A DNA stretch of 64,000 nt from contig NC_092674.1 of NCBI RefSeq assembly GCF_964355755.1, positions 30,194,001-30,258,000 on the forward strand, given 5' to 3'. This DNA is from Antedon mediterranea. Lineage: Eukaryota; Animalia; Echinodermata. The notes beneath the pieces were generated by a model that saw only the letters and a program-made list of their open reading frames with translations, ran no database searches and was not told the origin of the DNA. The translations under genes and the position numbers were made by a program. This document shows positions 37,989 to 52,249 of this stretch, one piece after another (the first letter of the stretch is position 1; the number at the start of each line of letters is the position of its first letter).

Positions 37989-39410
37989 TACTTTGGATCT
38001 ATACTGTTTTTAAAAAATATTTTTTTTGTAATATTTTCTAAAACTCTACATTTCGCTCTTTTGGTTGTTTTGAGTATTTTCATATAATAAGTAAATACTA
38101 TAAAATAATATTACCAACTGATGGTAATTAACTAAAACCAATAAATGTCAAAAAAGGAGATCCAAAATGGGTTTATATGACACCTAAATTCATTCAAGGT
38201 TACCGTGGTTACTGTATTGCAAATTTTTTATGTCGATTAATCAAAGAAATCATGACTTCCTGTTTGAAAGAAAAGAGTAAAAAAGTAAAAAGTTGTTTGG
38301 AATACAAAGAACAGGAAAGACTGTACAATGGCGATTGATCCATTGCCAAAGTAATAATGTCCCTTATATGTACAAATGAAAAGCATTATTGTGTGTAGGA
38401 GTACTTGTATGTATTGAAGAGAGACTCAAAGAAACAACAAAAGGAGAAAGTGCAATTATATTCACTACACTACCCTTGATATTTTGGATAAAGTCCCAAA
38501 TATTACTATAAGTACTATTAACTTCGTGACAATTAAAATTGTGAGTATTGTATAAGGTTTCCATCTATAAGGACAGCTTTTAGTTTTATTTATTTTAGAG
38601 AGATCTATGACCTAGTGTGTTTACAGGCGACATTGTTTGTGTGTACGTTCGGATGGGGTTTTTCCATGTGTCAATACAGTGTTTAACAGAGAACACGATT
38701 GTATTTTTGTCTACAATTTAACATCACAACTACAGTGCTTGAAGAGGATTCTTTCATACAAAGTTAAAATGATAGTGGAGGAAATATTCAACATCCAATA
38801 TGGTATCTAAGATCCTCTCCTGCTAAACATCTCCAGATGAAGTGATGTTGAGGCAAGTAACAATATGCAATCTGAGGCCCAATGCCCTGTATGCAAATCA
38901 GCTCTATAATAAGATTCAGTTGTATGGAAGTAACATTGGGGAGGAAATAATTAATATTCAATTATCTTAGCACCAATCACTTCCTGTGAACCAGCTTCAC
39001 AATTAAAATGAAAGATTATCCCTAAAAAAAACTGTAAAAAACAAGATGAAATTTGTCTATGCATTTACTATTGTTAATTAACAGTTTTAATTTCTGCTGT
39101 TTTTGCCTTTAAAGGTAATCTGCATAAGACCTCCTAGAGTGTGAGATATCCCCAGCCTGGAACAAAAGCTACTCTGTACACTGGCCTTGCCAGTAGTCTT
39201 CCTCTGCTGGGAACAACAGGCTTGCCAGAAAGAAGGATATATGCTAAAACCTTCAAGTTATTGTATAAAAGCCTGTAATCTGGACAAGCTTACCTATAGT
39301 CAAGTAATCTTACAATTGGTGACCAAGCTTAGTAGGCAAATTTCTGTTTAATGCAAAATATAATTCCTTGTGACCACCTTAATGATATGGTAGTTTACTG
39401 TATGGTCTAA

Positions 39411-39534
39411 AGCTCTGTCTACACTATCAAACTTTATGTGACAAAAAAATGTAATGTGCCCATATTTGGTCTCACTACCATATTTGGGTACATCACACTT
39501 TTTTTTCCAAACTAGTTTGATAGTGTACAGAGCC
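39411..39534. mobile_element. MITE family A copy (Harbinger/Tourist-like)
   Basis: AGCTCTGTCTACACTATCAAAC TIR; TAA on both flanks. Confidence 0.8.
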
Positions 39535-39941
39535 TAAAGCATCATATTTAAAACATTAAGTCTTTATATATAAATTAGTATAACTCTGTGTAAAAAAAAT
39601 GCATACTGTTAAAACTATGAATATTCATGTAATATCTATTTAAAACTATGAATATTCATGTGATATCTATTTTCCGTTGAAGAAGAAGTGAACTGAAAAT
39701 GCATCCATTTGAAAAGTTATTTATTGTTTTATTTAGCATCAAATTCTATGAAATTGCCATCTGTTTCATGAAATAGGAGAATGCAATGATAATGTGCATA
39801 AAAGTGCATGTACTGTATTCTTTCTAAAATCGTGACAGAATTTTCGAACTTTACAGTTCACCATGCGAATTGGATGTTAAGGATGTTGGCCCAAGATATG
39901 GGTGCTATCAGGTAGTTAAGAGGAGGGGATGGGGGTGTTAT

Positions 39942-40085
39942 GCCCTGTCTACAATATCAAACTAGTTTGACAAAAAAAGTGTGATGTGCCCAAATATGGT
40001 AGTGATATGCCCAAATATAGAGTAGTGATATGACATCATCATGGGCACACCACATTTTTTGTCAAATAAAGTTTGATAGTGTAGG
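39942..40085. mobile_element. MITE family A copy
   Basis: Same TIR and core. Confidence 0.75.
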
Positions 40086-40733
40086 CGTTATACAGGTTAA
40101 ACAAATTATGTTGAATTCTATAAAGAAATTTAATTTAGGCTACATCTGGGGTTTCTTGCATACAGTTTCCATTAAACTGTATGTGGAGTGAGGGTGGGGT
40201 AAAAATAGAAATACTGTTTTTTGGGATTTGTTTTCTTTTGTTTTAGGCAAATTACTACAGTCTTACTTTCAAGCAGTGTTTTTATGTTTGGACCATAAAT
40301 TGTTGTTTTTTTTTAAATTATTAATTAATACTTCCAGCAAATATCAGGTTTAATTTTACAAGACTATCATAAGCAATTAAAATTTTTCAAGCCGGAAATA
40401 ATATAGCTTTTCATTTTATGCTTTTCATTTGTCATTTGTTTCCAATCTAACACATATGTCCATTGCAAACATTGTCAATATTAATTAAGTTTTCTTTCCT
40501 GTTTACGCAAAGTTTTGGTATAATGAAATGTGTTGTACTGTATTAGTGGGAAATGCCATTTTTAATAATGCATGTACATATTTCTGTGTCATTGGCAGCT
40601 CATGTAATGCATTTCTTTACAAGCTTACAAAATGATTATACTCGGGTCTTTACGCGGGCGCAAGAATGAACAACCACTTCCTGGAACCTGGGTCTTGTGC
40701 ACAGCGAGGGCACAAACATGACACGAAACTGAG

Positions 40734-41109
40734 AAATAACAATCTATCTATGTCTATGTGCATGAGCTACAGTACTGTAGAAGCCATTAAATAACAATCT
40801 ATCTATGTCTATGTGCATGAGCTACAGTACTGTAGAAGCCATTAAATAACAATCTATCTATGTCTATGTGCATGAGCTACAGTACTGTAGAAGCCATTAA
40901 ATAACAATCTATCTATGTCTATGTGCATGAGCTACAGTACTGTAGAAGCCATTAAATAACAATCTATCTATGTCTATGTGCATGAGCTACAGTACTGTAG
41001 AAGCCATTAAATAACAATCTATCTATGTCTATGTGCATGAGCTACAGTACTGTAGAAGCCATTAAATAACAATCTATCTATGTCTATGTGCATGAGTACT
41101 GTAGAAGCC
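40734..41109. repeat. 55-bp tandem repeat, ~7 copies, containing the palindrome CTACAGTACTGTAG
   Basis: Direct inspection; a partial unit resumes at 41646-41683. Confidence 0.95.
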
Positions 41110-41645
41110 CAGGCCCGTAGCCAGGGGGGGTTTTTATGGTTCGGGCGAACCCCCGGCCCCCCCCCCCCCCCTTTACAGCGAACTCCCCTTAACCGACTGC
41201 GAACCCCCATCCCCGACATGCCCAATACCTCACCCTCATCTCCGAAAATCGTCCAAATACGTGCCCCACAGTACAAAAAGTTTTTCGTAAATTAAAAAAT
41301 TTGTAAACTCGTTCGGAATAACTCGTACAGTACCTTCTTCCCTGTATGAGCGTACTTCGAGAGATATAGTCTGTAAAGAGTTGCAAATGAATTGCCGATT
41401 TTAACCTGAAAAATAAATGTTTGGTCCCTGCATGTAACATGATATTGACGCGTCTCACAGCGAGCTGGGGGACGAACGATTCGTACAAAGGACACCGCCA
41501 GACAACTGCGTACCAATTGTTTAGATCACTGGCAGTCAGGCAGCATGCATAAAGTATATAGCCTTCCGACATACATCAGTATTTATGTGTGGCTATGAAG
41601 TATAATGTATCATAGAGGATTATAGTGAATATTAATATTTTACAC
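41110..41645 (+). mobile_element. hAT-like transposon left-end fragment
   Basis: CAGGCCCGTAGCCAGGGGGGG terminus, GC/CpG-rich body, no matching right TIR seen. Confidence 0.5.
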
Positions 41646-41764
41646 TATGTGCATGAGCTACAGTACGGTAGAAGCCATTAAATCCATTTCCCCATATAAT
41701 TTTATCCATTAGCCCATTTATCAGTGCACAAAAAACTTTAATATAAAGATGTAAACATCAGAAT

Positions 41765-41904
41765 AAATGATATGTGAAAAAAATTGATATGCCCATATAT
41801 AGAAATAAAGATGTTATATCAATATCATATTTGGGAATATCACTACCATATTTGGGCATATCACACCTTGTTTTGCAAACTAGTTTGACAGTGCAGACAG
41901 AGAT
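41765..41904. mobile_element. MITE family A copy, degenerate
   Basis: CACTACCATATTTGGGCATATCAC core and TAGTTTGACAGTGCAGACAGAG end. Confidence 0.6.
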
Positions 41905-44237
41905 TTAGATTAGTTTTTGAAGATTAAATTGTTGGCATACAGTAATTATTAATTAAACATTGAAAGAAAAAAATGAAAACAGATCAAATTACTATAAAAA
42001 ACAAGATGAATGAAAAGTGACATATAATACTTAGGGGAAGTATTATGTAAGGCAAACAAAGAAATCATAAACAAACAAAATAAGCGAGCAGGCCATCTGA
42101 AGACCTATGGGAAATGAAGAGAAGAAAACATGACCAAATATGGTTATATTGATCATTTAAAAAAATGGTAAGAAAAATTGGTTGGTACTTAGTGAATATT
42201 AAAGTTTAAAAGAGATTTCAAATATTATTTTGATATATTTTCATTTTTTCTTTCTTCTGTGGTAATATTTTTATTTTGAGTACACACGTAACAAATAAAA
42301 TACAACACAATTAGCTGTCTTTCAGATGATAGTTTTAATACCGTCTTAAAAATAAATAATATAATAAAATAGAACTCCAAATATTGTTTTTTTTTTCAAT
42401 AATGCAAGAGTGTGAGTCCACCAGAAAATCTGGTAAAATACAATATATCAATAGTAATATTGTAATAATACTGTATTACAATATATCAATTTACATACCC
42501 TATTATATACAGGTGTTTCATCCACAAAAACTATGTTTCAACTGATAATTCTGTCACTCATGATAAAGTCCCTATATAACCACTTTTTTAATGTAGCAGA
42601 CAATCGGTACTGCATGTATAATTGTCGAGCATTTAAATGATATTAGACAAATTATGCTATACTGAGAACCGAATGGCTAATGTATATATCTGAAATACAA
42701 GCTGTGATTTATTTTATAAAAATGTATTTATAAAAACCCACTTGTCTTCACTTCAGGGCAAGTAAAGTATATTTCGTAATATAAATTTTAAAAATCCAAA
42801 TATAATGTAGTTTTTTAGAATAAATGTCTTTATTTTACATCAAATACATCATTAAATTTAACATGATTTTCTTGGTTGATAAAATTGATGAATGTGTTCA
42901 TACTTTGTGTAACATTAATGTCAAACTGTAAGGCAACTACTGGTATACTATGACAACTTTATAAAGTAGAACATAAAATAAAGAACTTCATTAATTAAAA
43001 AAACAAAAATGACTTTGCTTCGTGATCATCGCAATTAATAATAATTAAGTTTGATTTGCACGTAAAACAATCATCTAAATGAATCGGATTGCCAATTTAA
43101 AATAAAGAAAGAGAAAAGTGTTTTTAAGAAAAATGAAATTCATTAAATCCGCCAATCAGACAAGGCCATTAAATATGAATCTCATTTGCATATATTTGAA
43201 TAATAATTAATACCTGTTTTAACCATTATTAATCATCTCATATTTTATACAGTATAAACATCTTAATTACCAGGTATAGGTGGTTTTTTTTTATAGATAA
43301 TGATATAATTTACATAATACATAGGTTCAACCCACATGTCTATTAAAATTAACAATACAAGTGTAAAAGCCACCTGTATTGTAATTTCTTGTTCAAGCCT
43401 AGTAAATAGAAATTAAAATAATGTACTTCTTTTAAAACATTCTTTTATAATAAATTATAAATAACAATATATGAACAAATCTTTTTTTAAAGTTTAGATA
43501 AAAGTAAGTAGTAGAACTTGCAGAATACAATGGTATCACATTTTTAAATTTCAGATAGAAAAGATGTTCACAGTACCTATAAAAATATACTTTATTTTAC
43601 ATCAAGTATATTAAATACCATTAAAAATGTAAACTACAGTAACTGAATATTACATTATACAAGGTATAACTGTCATGTTAGTGTATGTAATGCTTAACAC
43701 CGAAATTACTTGTATGTTTATAAAACTTTTAAAATTCAATTTTTTTAATATTAAAACAAATTTTTTATTAAAATGATTGCATTTCTAATGCAAATGAATA
43801 CAAACTGGCTTTTTGAAAAAAAAAATGGTAAAAATAATTTTTTTTTTTAAATTAAATTTATATTATGCAACAGGCAGTAAAAATTGAATTGTTTCAAATT
43901 AACATTTTAGAAACAAAATTTAATAGAAAACTTCCAAAACCTAATTTCCTGTCATAAATTTATTAATAATCAGAGATATGGGAAGTTATAAAATCAATAA
44001 CGCCTAAATTTGGCAAGTATCCTAAAGCCACAAAGCAGGTTTTGTTAGGCCAAGTATCCTTTGTTTAATATTTGTTCAAATACTCTCCTGAAAAGACTGA
44101 AGTGATAACCAAGTTTATTGTTCAAAATCGATGACAATTTACGTGAAAGTCAACAAGCGTCATGTCAATATTAAGATAGTAAAGTTAGGTTTGCGATACA
44201 CCATGTGATTGGAAAAGTATGATTGAGAAAGTCTCAA

Positions 44238-44552
44238 CATCTCTGTTGTTGCACTACAATCAACTGCTGGTGAATTTAGTATAACAACCGAAACATTCTC
44301 TGTTGTTGCACTACAATCAACTCCTGGTGAATTTAGTATAACAACCGAAACCGAGACATTCTCTGTTGTTGCACTACAATCAACTCCTGGTGAATTTAGT
44401 ATAACAACCGAAACCGAGACATTCTCTGTTGTTGCACTACAATCAACTCCTGGTGAATTTAGTATAACAACCGAAACCGAGACATTCTCTGTTGTTGCAC
44501 TACAATCAACTCCTGGTGAATTTAGTATAACAACCGAAACCGAGACATTCTC
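44238..44552. repeat. 63-bp tandem repeat, ~5 copies
   Basis: Direct inspection; explains the periodic ORF 44160-44558. Confidence 0.9.
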
Positions 44553-44639
44553 AATCACACTATTGGAATCACATGGTGTACCGAAAACCTAAATTTACTC
44601 TTTATCCAAATCGTTAATACTAGATAACCTTTAAGTTTA

Positions 44640-44759
44640 CAAACTAGTTTAACAAAAATTGTGTGATGTTCCCAAATATGGTAGTGATATGACATATGTC
44701 CATATATGGGCACATCACATTTTTGTTGTCACATAAAGTTTGATAGTGTAGACAAGGCT
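44640..44759. mobile_element. MITE family A copy, one end eroded
   Basis: Core plus GTTTGATAGTGTAGACAAGGCT end. Confidence 0.7.
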
Positions 44760-46767
44760 TTATTAATTAAAAAATGTATTTTTTTTAAACAAGCATAAAA
44801 AATATAGTTTTTGACGATAAATAATTTATGAATAATGCAGTAGAGTAATTGAACACAAGAGAGTATTTTAAAGGCGTCAAAATTGCAGTGGTTTAACAAC
44901 CGACAATGAACTTGAACGACTGAGGATTAAACTGATTCTAAAGTACAAAGATTTTGTGAACAGGCAATTGGGAATTAATAAAATCCCTTAAGCATTTTGA
45001 TATTTCCTATAGATTTTGGTCAATAGTTTGAGAAACAAGACAAAAGATATTTACTACAACAGCATTTTAACTGAATTATTTTGACACAAACTGTGTTTCT
45101 CGTTTAAAAATAAGCGACTGATAAATCTGTTTGTTATACCTCACTTCATTATGAGGTAACTACATTATAAAATAAATACTTTCAAAATATACAGATAAGT
45201 TCACAGGCTATTTAGTTCCTTTTCTGGTGTTTAAACCACAATGGGCACACTCTTTTAAACCACACTGGGACACTCTTTCAATAGCATTATTACCTAACAA
45301 TTGTGGTTTTCATAAAATAAAATTGCTTTATGTAAAATCCACCAGTTTTTAAATGCAATCTCCTTTTTTTTCTTAATAGTAATGGACATAAAAAGAAAGT
45401 AATTTTCTTTAAAAAAAACGTTTTGGATAATAAACAAATCATTGTTCTTTAAATTATTTATCAAGGTTTAGAATTTGTGAATGTCGGTAATTTTAGGCAA
45501 AGTAACTTAACTATATTTCAACAACAAGTAACCTTCTAAGCACAGTAATGGTATCATAACATACTTGAGATTATGACTTGGCTTAGATGGATATATGTAT
45601 GACAGGGTTCAATCTGAACCTCCAGGCTACAGGACAGGAAGTACTGATTCTTTAGCTCTTCATGTGTGGTAGCCATCAACTGTATACCATAGATGCTTTT
45701 TGGCCTACGGCGACATTACCACAATTTACATATAACTTAAATAAATACAGTATAAACTTAGACTGATCTGAAGAATATGTCAGTTAATTAGCTTACAGTA
45801 CTACTGTATAATATTTGCTTCTTTCTAATTATTTTAAAGCAGAATTGATGTACTAATTATAGTACTAATTTACTACATATTATATCATAATGGGTTATTT
45901 CCTGTATGCAAATTAATAATGGAAATGCCTAGTCGCTATGGCTGCCAATTACGACAATTAGGTCCGAGTTGATGTAATAATTGAGTATGAAAACTAGAAA
46001 AAACAAACGTGAATAGACTTTGTATTTAAATGATATTGGTGAAAATAAAAACGAGCATCAAATACGCGTCTGAATTAATCCGTTTGTTCGTTTCTGTTCC
46101 GCACTATAACTCCACTAATGAGGATGTAAGAAACCATGGAATTCAGCAAGATTAAATAGTGACTCAATAAGGAAACCAGCTCAACTGAAACCAATTAACC
46201 AAAGCACTAAACATCAGCTACCGGTAGCAGCAAATTATCAGAATTTTAAAAACCATGGAGCACATTAAGTGATTTTATGATTTCAATAATTAAGAAAATT
46301 TAGTAGTATTTTTAAAGTTTTAATAAAGTATGTCAATTTGTAAAAACTGTAATGTACAGTACAGTAGTGTTAAGCTAACTTTAAATAATATACTGTATTT
46401 AGGCAGTAATACTACAGTAATAGTTGGAACAGTACAGCTTTGTGGTTAAACTGCTCGTATTCTAAGGTTCAAATCCTGGTCTGGTTTTCAGCCCAATGCC
46501 TCTAAAACTGGCAAGGTGATTAGGTCTTTGATATCGAAAAAAAAAAGAAATTCATATTAATATAAAATTTATATCAAAAAGGGAGATTGCATTACAACTG
46601 GTATCAAATGATGAAAAGAAGTTAAAAAAATGCTAGAAGTGTTTGACTTGACATCAGCAGCTTCCCTTTAGCACACACAACTCGACGAGGTTCTTCACAA
46701 ATAAATTGTTAGTTTAAAATCCATACTGATTACTGCACATGTTGACTGTCAGTTTGTAAGCCGTTCC

Positions 46768-47538
46768 TCATAACATCCCAGTAACGTTCGACCTTTTACA
46801 TTTGCAACCAGTTTCTTGACGCGTTGAACATTTCCTACAACAAGAAAGGCACGCCTTTCCCGGCAAATAGCACAGAAGACACGGAAATAAAAGCGACATA
46901 ACTCCAATGGCGGACCACCGTACACAACACTTTTTATGATGGCATGAACAAGGTTCATCCACGTATGCGGTTTCGTCGCCATCATTGCCATTTGTTAAGC
47001 AGTGATAAAACGAACAGCGCACACAGCAAAAACAGGTGGCGGTATCTAAAACAGTTTGTGGTGTGCACCAGCAACGTTCATTTAAAATAAGTTTTCCGAC
47101 TGTTTCACCGGCTAGTTTGCACTTGGGACAACGACACTGTTCACAGTATGGACAAATGTCCGTTTCTTTCGAACACGGCGGTCGTAACGGCGTCGTACTG
47201 TTAGTACTCGTTCTACTTGTTTCACGTTTGACCACTTTTAAAACTTTAGTCTTGCCTTGTAAAGGATCGCTAACTATTATTAAACTAGTCCTTTGGGACT
47301 GGTTAGGGTTTAACCCTGGCACCAGCATATAATCTGAAAATGTTTGTCCAACATTGTTGTTGCTTAGAACGTTCTTACCCCCTTGTCCAGGAGGCGGCAC
47401 ATAATCATTCGACACAGCTTGACCACCAGGGGCATTTTCAAGCGCGTGTAGTTGACCGTTAGATTGACTGTCGGTCAAAATCTGGTTAATAGACTCTGTT
47501 CGTGGCTGCGAAGTGACAACGCCAGCATCATCAGCCAT
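46768..47538 (-). CDS. spry: Protein Sprouty homologue (RTK/MAPK feedback inhibitor), 256 aa, single coding exon
   Basis: N-terminal NDY tyrosine motif, Ser/Thr-rich SRTSTNST, and a Cys-rich SPR domain (ICPYCEQCRCPKC...TCFCCVRCSFYHC...DEPCSC...RWSAIGVMSLLFPCLLCYLP...GCKCK); no EVH1 domain, so Sprouty rather than Spred. Confidence 0.95.
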   Translation of the reverse strand: MADDAGVVTSQPRTESINQILTDSQSNGQLHALENAPGGQAVSNDYVPPPGQGGKNVLSNNNVGQTFSDYMLVPGLNPNQSQRTSLIIVSDPLQGKTKVLKVVKRETSRTSTNSTTPLRPPCSKETDICPYCEQCRCPKCKLAGETVGKLILNERCWCTPQTVLDTATCFCCVRCSFYHCLTNGNDGDETAYVDEPCSCHHKKCCVRWSAIGVMSLLFPCLLCYLPGKACLSCCRKCSTRQETGCKCKRSNVTGML

Positions 47539-47586
47539 CGGTACTGACGGTTCTATTCCTAATTTCCATATGAGAGCCGATGAGCC

Positions 47587-50500
47587 CTAAAAAATAAAGA
47601 TGAGTTAAGTTAAAAACTGACAAGAATATTAATGCTGTATAGTAAACAAGTACACTTTTTATAACCCTGGATATAATCGAACAAAAGAGAGTGGAGAGGT
47701 TTTGTAGTAAGGCTTCCTGTAGGACAAAAGCAGCTATTTTGTGACTTAAATAACAAAACACAGTTGTAAAGACTTGCATTGTACTAAGAACAAACTTAGA
47801 ACAATTATGAAAACCATACAAGCATGACACGGGCCATTTTAACCAATGCATGCTAATCTTATCTAGTCAATAGTCTTGTGTATTGTATGGTAGATTTGTA
47901 TCTTAAGAACTCATATCCGATGCTTGGCTGTTCTTTTCACTTTTTTTCAATACATATACTTAACTTTTAATTCATAGGAAATCACATTCACAACGGGTTA
48001 TATATAATATATATATTCTACAAGTCAAATTGCTCAATCAACTCAATACTATTTGTATGGAGATAGGAAGTTATTAAAACGGACAAAACCCACTAGTAGT
48101 ATTTCCTATGTTATACCAGATAGCTAACAAACCAATTAAATATCCTATTAAATAATCATTTAACGACTATTAAAAATATTTGAAGAAGCCAATAATAAAT
48201 CACACTTTTTAGTATTGTCTATGATAATAAATAGATCAGAAACACAAATAATAAATAGATCAGAAACACAAAATTATTAGTTTATAAAACACAGTTTGCA
48301 ATCATAATATTTACTGTGTAGTATGACGAAGTATAGTATAGTATGGGATTGAGGGTCAGGGGATATGTATAAAATTAAAATTAAGGGGTCTGGGGTGGGA
48401 GTACATGCAGAACTTGTATTAACACAATGGAATTCTTAATAGTAGTCCACAGAATTCTATAAAAAATCTACGCATGAAACAAGATCTTTGGTGTACACAA
48501 CATAACTTTTGCCCAGAGGAGTATTTTTCCAGGAACATACTGTAAATACAGCACCTCAATCGACCTGGATTGACCTCTGTAGTAAAAAGCGAATTGATGC
48601 ATGGCACTGGTAATAAGTTCATTATTGCCTATAATTGAAGCTACTAACGGCAAATTTTTTAAGTTAAAACACATTTTTTTTTTGTATTGAAAAACAATTA
48701 AATTTAAAGTGAATTAAAGAAAGTTAAGGAATTTGTACACTCATAACAGCAACAAAGTTTGAATGAAGTTTGTAGTACAGTAATAAATTGTAGAAAATAA
48801 TTTGTATCAAAGAATAAAATTGCACATTGGAATTTGGATGAGAAAGCATTTCAATAGAAATATGGATGTGGGCCAGTAAAAACACTGGTTTACTTGCCTT
48901 TGGATATATTCAAAGGTTTTAAAAAAATTTTCTTTTACAAAATATAAGACTGATGTGGCTAGTTGATTCCGCTTAAATCTGGAGTACTTGAGTCAATTTC
49001 ATAAAGATTACATACTTAATATTTAATATTTTTACATATGCCGCTTATTTATGTAATTATTAACAGAGGATGCTTAACAAGTACCTATTGTTACTTAAGC
49101 TGTAAGTAAACGAGTTAACAAATTAGGTAGAAATCAATTGTATAATAAAAGAAACTGTGAAGAAATCGTTAACATCAGCATAGCACATGGTAATGGATGA
49201 GGTTTACACCATAGACACAACTCACTAATTATCAGTTACTGTACTGCACTACTGACACCACCACACCTTGTTGGGTAAAACGAATAATTTATATTGGAAA
49301 AAAATGTGTTCAAGAACATAAAATATTTATTTGAATTTTATGAAATATGAAAAAAAATTTTTTTTAAATATCAAATATTTATTAAATTTAAAAAAAAATT
49401 TCTGTACAGAAAATGTTAAATTATTGAATCGGTTCAGAAAAAAAAAGATCACATCCTATTGTAATATGTTTTTTTATTGTCACTACAGTAGTAGACTTAC
49501 AGTATACAAAATATTGCAGGAATTTCCCCTTCCAGTGATTTTATAAAAAAATAAAAAGAGTCCAGTGGAGGAATCAATTTTCTTTTCTTGCTACTGTACT
49601 ATTATGATGTGAAAGAGTTTAGTTCACACATTGGGACAGACTTATTGTATTGTCTAGAAAAGGGTTTAAATTGTCGACACAAACAAAGTCAGTATAAACA
49701 TGTTCATTCTCATTACAGTATACTCTTTACTAAGAAATAATTGTTTGATCTTTGAAATAGGTAAACATACAGACAGCCCTGGAGTTCATCTCATAACAAC
49801 AGTCCTTGATCTCATGGCTTTTAAACCAATAAATAGTTGGAAATTGTCAAATAAAGTTTGTCATTATTATTCATCATCTCCTATATAGTGAAGAGGTTTC
49901 TCCGTTTTTAAGTGTTAAAAAGGGCAAATAATAATAATAAAAATACAGTTTTTAGGTTGTGATTCTGAAATTTGGAACACTTGGAACATTTTGACAGATC
50001 GTCAGCTGTTGAAAAAAACTAAAACAAAACCGGATAACAATTTAAATTTTTGCATAGAATTCTCATAAAATCCAGTGTTTATATCTGAAAGGGCAATTTT
50101 TGTTTAGAGCCCTTTTTGCTTGCCAACTATTATAGTATTACTATACTACTAAAAGTACAACTACTAAGTACTGTAGTTTGGCATTTAACCATTTCTGTGG
50201 TGTAAGGTATGACGTTGTAAGGTAACTGTACAATAATAATAATATTGGATTACATTTTTGTCCTCACCACACACTTGATTTCACAATACAATTAAACATA
50301 CTTTACCAATCATAATAAGTATTGTATAGGCCTAGGTCTATACAAAATGGTGTATTCTGTACAACAATTGGGATTGACAAAAGTGAATTATGTAGAAGGA
50401 GGCCTACTACTACAGCCCGATTATAAAATTGGCACATGCCATGGTCTATTTTCTAGACCACAGTACAGAGACAGTATCAACAATCGTATCATGCATATGG

Positions 50501-50660
50501 ATAGATAGGTCTCTCACTCAGACTCGGGCAATATCTATCTTCTTTTTTAGGCTAGTCAAATAAAAAGCAAAAGACATAAAGCATGAGAAACTGTTCTAGC
50601 TTGTGCTACCATTCAAAAACAGTAAAGAAAACAAAAACAAATATTGGACATCAGACTTAC
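47587..50660 (-). other. Probable Sprouty intron 1
   Basis: Minus-strand donor GGA|GTAAGT at 50660 and acceptor ctttattttttAG|G at 47587; pairing of the two sites is inferred. Confidence 0.55.
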
Positions 50661-51015
50661 TCCTCCTCGTCCACATCTATGAATCTTTCTTGGGACCGCG
50701 GCCGCCGTGGGCGTCGTAACTTCATCGTAACGGGTTGTACCGTGTACCAGACCCATCCATGCTTTGTTGTCAAACACTAGGTTAGTAAAAATCCACTTAA
50801 ATCCACAACTCAACTTAATAATGAATTGATATAAAACGGAAGTTCATAAGCGCTCATTTCCAATAATCCTAAAAATTCCGATATCAAATGTCCGAGAGTT
50901 TTCCTCGTCGTACAGTATTCACCACCGAGGGGCGGAATTACTAGTCAGCGTGTGGCTGCCATTGAAAGGGTTCGTATTCATATGCAAATTAGTTTAGTAG
51001 GCGGGATTAGGAAAT
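50661..51015 (-). promoter_or_regulatory. Candidate Sprouty first exon and proximal promoter
   Basis: Local GC/CpG rise; ETS CGGAAGT 50837-50843, GC boxes 50929-50936 and 51000-51005, octamer ATGCAAAT 50982-50989, downstream splice donor. Confidence 0.5.
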
Positions 51016-52249
51016 GGCAGGTGCTATTATTGTTGGCAGGGGATGCCACATATGTTCCTTTTTCTAACAGCACCTTACTTTTTATAGTCACTTATGTCTG
51101 CCATATATCTACTGTAGTATATAATATCGTTAAGATTCTATATATTAATATTCGGTAATGAATATACTTAGGCTAATGTTTGTACTTTTTAGTTGACAGA
51201 AGAGTAAACTTTAACTAAAAATAATTTATAACAATTTAGTATACTGTACAAGTGTACATTGCCTTATTTTGTTTGTTTTTCTTCGTAATATTCAATTTTA
51301 TTTCGGAATCAACTTTATAATCATTCAAAATAAAAAGTTTTTCAATGAATTTGGTACGGTATCCGTAATATTTTGCCAGCAGACACATTAATCCAACCCC
51401 TTTCCGCAATGGACTCTTCCAAACTTTGATGGATGGCGAACACAGATATTTTGACGGATTTGTGGTTAGCTTTCGGAATCTCAAGGGATATGTTGTTTCC
51501 GGTCTAATCTCGTTTAGATTTCTGTCACTGTTCGAAAATAAACGTTATAATGTTTTACGTAAACCCCATTAAATACATTACAATTTAACCCACGCCGTCA
51601 GATCTGTACCGTTTAATGTAAGCGGGGCACAACTGAGGTTATTTGAAAATAATAATTTTAGGAAATCCGCCTACTGACATAATTCCAACCAGTACAAAAA
51701 TATAAATGTCACCAGACAGTTAATTCCTCGTCGGATTTATGCTGAAAAAAAAACTCGATTAACAAATATATATTAAAATGCTGTTAAAAAGGAAATAATT
51801 AGTGGAAACGAAACTCTCTCTGGAATCGTCATTTTGAGGAACAAATCATCGGATGTTCAACTTCCTAAAACCCACAAAATAAATGAGAACAGATTTACGC
51901 TCACTTGGGATAAAAGCGCAATGTGTGGCGCCCTTGCACAATTTAGTTTGTGGCATGGTGAAGACAACATGCCATACAGTGCCCTAATAATGTAATCCTA
52001 TGCATCATTTTCTGGTCACACTTAAAATATCTTTATAGGTAGTCGATCATTCCATTCCGTTTTGATGTGGTTATTTCTATGCTCGTCGATATACATTTTG
52101 TTGTATATAAAAAAATCGATATTTTAAATTTAGAATGTTGATTGATTTTTATATAAAAGAATAACGGATTATGTACCGGTAGCCTACCGTATGATACATT
52201 GCACTTCCAACGACCTTATATTCTTTCGTGGGGGATATGGAAATATTTC

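Noticed and set aside
46768-47538. Spred or a metallothionein/keratin-associated Cys-rich protein
   Set aside because: The NxY motif, Ser-rich motif and SPR spacing with own start fit Sprouty; no EVH1-coding exon seen
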